NCBI RefSeq assembly: GCF_052425735.1
Contig: NC_135758.1
Location: forward strand, 11,656,001-11,720,000
Direction of reading: 5' to 3'
Length of the DNA stretch: 64,000 nucleotides
From: Oculina patagonica
Taxonomy: Eukaryota
Shown here: piece by piece, positions 61,714 to 64,000 of the stretch
Position numbering within the stretch: position 1 is the stretch's first letter
Layout of the letters: the number at the start of each line of letters is the position of its first letter
Program-made: the position numbers and the translations under genes
Notes under the pieces: model-generated
What the model was told of the DNA's origin: nothing
The model's input: the letters and a program-made list of their open reading frames with translations, nothing else
Database searches by the model: none

Positions 61714-63392
61714 ATGTCAGACCGATCCGACGATGAGGTAAGAAAAAGCAATTCATTTTTTTTCTTGTTGTTAGACAGAAACAAAATTTTAGCACACGCA
61801 CGCATTCATTAGGAAGTTTACAAAAAATGCTCAATTTTTATGCAAGTTCTGATTAACAAATGAATTAAAACTGTTTCATTTTCCCCATTACTAGCTGTCA
61901 GCCGACGAAAACCGGCGCGAAAGATGTAAGTAACTCATGTAAGATACTTAGATATTATGCGAACTTAAATATTTTTCTAAAGAACTACAGTTGGTCATTT
62001 TGCAAGCTTAACTTAAAATTCAATTATATTTATTAGGGGCAGGTGACCTAACTTAGCTGTATCTTTTCTTTTACTTTTATATCTGCCAGTCTATAGAGAG
62101 AGAGAAGATACACCGCCGCCCCGCGCGCGCCGTGATCCGCCAGGTGTGTATGATAAGGTATTTGTACTACCTAGGATGGAGAAATTGGATGTGATTACAA
62201 CATAACTGCAACCCTAAATATGACTCTTGAGCAGTTTGTACCCTTAAATTAAAATTGATATACAACTTTCGTACGTAAATGATTCAGCGGATATTCGCAA
62301 ATATGCAGCGCAATGGATTTAATCATGGTACAATTGCAATTTTGTTTAATGCAAGGCCTACAGCTTGAGCTAACTAATAGTTTCCTACTTTTACATTACA
62401 GAAAACAGACCACCAAGAGGGCATAGAAGTAAGTATGGTTAATAATACTTCTGTATAAAATTTGTTGTGATTTAATGTTATTACCCTTTGACAAATTGGT
62501 GAATACTTTTGTTCAACTCTATATTATATATGGTAATGACTACAAAACTGAAGTGTATGACTGAAGAGTAAACAGCCCAATTTCAATATTCTAAAATAAA
62601 TTATTAAGCATAAAGCTAAATTAGACATCACTACCAGGCTCTGGATAATAGACCCCACAAGCTCTATATAGTTTTATTGCACAGAGCTTCATACTAAGCT
62701 ATCGACCCAAAACAACAGGTGTTCTCCCTGTGTTTATTTAAAAGTTCAGTTTGGCATTAGATTTAGAGAATCAAGATTTAAAGTATCCCAGCTATGACTA
62801 ATTTATGACAATTCCTGGTTTTAATTCAGAAATCAAGTGAGAGCTATTCTATGAGGGAGTGGTCATTATTTGTGGGGAGGTGGGCTTGAGGTTGGGAGAA
62901 GTCAAAATAGCTAAGTGATTTCATTTTTACTTCCCCTCCCCTACACATGACATGAAAATTTTTAAAAAAATAAAAGAGACCAATGTGGTTGTGAGCCACC
63001 CTAGCCTAAATGAGACCCTGACAGCTACAAAATTATGCCATTTTGTCATAAAAGGCACTCTAGGTTATTAAAGGGTTCATAATTAGGTATGACATTGATA
63101 ATTGCATAATAGCAATTTACGGTAGTAATACTGAAATTGCTATAAAAAAATTAACTTTCACATGATAAGGTAATAACTATCGCAAACATTACTTAAAAAG
63201 CACTAAACTACCACTGTTGGTGCATTATAACTGCATATGATACAAAGTTAAAACAATTTTATTAACGTATTAAACTCATCTTCAAGTACTAAATTTTCTT
63301 CAATATATTTTCAAATTTGTTTACAGGAATCTGTTACAAGTGTAATGGGCATGGGCACGTAGCCTATATGTGCCCATCAAGAGAAGATGGAG
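61714..63392 (+). CDS. 5' part of a CCHC zinc-knuckle (possibly CNBP-like) gene built from micro-exons: 61714-61737, 61895-61925, 62090-62143, 62402-62428, 63327-63392; continues beyond the window
   Basis: GT-AG, phase-consistent splicing gives MSDRSDDELSADENRRERFYREREDTPPPRARRDPPENRPPRGHRRICYKCNGHGHVAYMCPSREDG, containing Cx2Cx4Hx4C. Confidence 0.75.
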
Positions 63393-63405
63393 GTAAATAA
63401 CTTGT

Positions 63406-63731
63406 CCCGGGAACAGGGTATACTAATCACCCTTTTTACTCTGGAACAGGGTCAAATTTTTCCCCATTAGCCTGATTAAACACAATAAAGTTTACCTACA
63501 AAACTCTGTTCCTCTAATTGCTTTATCTCCGAGCCACAGACGATTAAGTGAGATATATATAAACTTTAATTAAGATATATATGGAACAGGGTACCTATTT
63601 TGCAATGTTTCTTTGTGTATCAGGGTAGCAAATTAAGCACTGTTAAGCTTTAATTTTCCTCTGGAACAGGTTCTGAGTCTCAGATACTCAGCGGCACACC
63701 CCCGTTGTAAATATTAGGGAATCCCCCCAGG
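63406..63731. mobile_element. CCCGGG-type MITE relic in an intron
   Basis: Starts CCCGGGAACAGGGT; GGAACAGG repeated four times; ends ...CGGCACACCCCCG...CCCCCCAGG. Confidence 0.5.
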
Positions 63732-64000
63732 AATGTTGTATAGTCGATATTCGCCATCATTATAGACACATCAGTCAAAAGATGAACACATCTCTAACAT
63801 ACATACTTCTGATTTCTACCTTGATTTTTGCGCCCATTTGATCATCCCCGTTAATAGTTAGAATCTAGAGTATCCCAGATGCATTAATTGCTGTCTGTCA
63901 AACAATGACTTTGCAAACAAAATTATAATAACCTTCCACGGGAAAACGTACATTACAATATTAATTTATTATGGCCTTCGTGTGGTTATGAAAAGCGTCT

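Overview
Eukaryotic, AT-rich, intron-containing animal DNA. The repeat and gene repertoire suggests a stony coral or other cnidarian (inference). Host genes, left to right: (1) a tandem cluster of TTC28-like TPR-CHAT genes, each a 40-aa TPR solenoid fused to a caspase-like CHAT protease, with one disrupted copy (6273-10285), one intact copy (14862-18941) and a third CHAT relic (~20255-20608); (2) a complete 3-exon IER3IP1/Yos1 gene on the minus strand, head-to-head with a 2-exon small heat-shock protein gene whose first exon, missed by the ORF track, encodes a signal-peptide-like leader; (3) a 2-exon secreted 8-Cys protein of unknown family; (4) the start of a micro-exon CCHC zinc-knuckle gene at the right edge. 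The 40.8-59 kb region is a nest of mobile DNA. It holds a long fold-back repeat carrying a 5'-truncated L1/Tx1 LINE with a 104-bp target-site duplication, then a two-gene EnSpm/CMC-type transposon (C2H2-finger transposase plus a divergent SAM/SAMD3-like gene). That transposase is split by a Crypton tyrosine-recombinase element, which is itself split by a MITE with a 5-bp TSD. Many MITEs, tRNA-derived SINEs and microsatellites are interspersed. Exon structures were read by eye from GT-AG sites and phase consistency; no searches were run.
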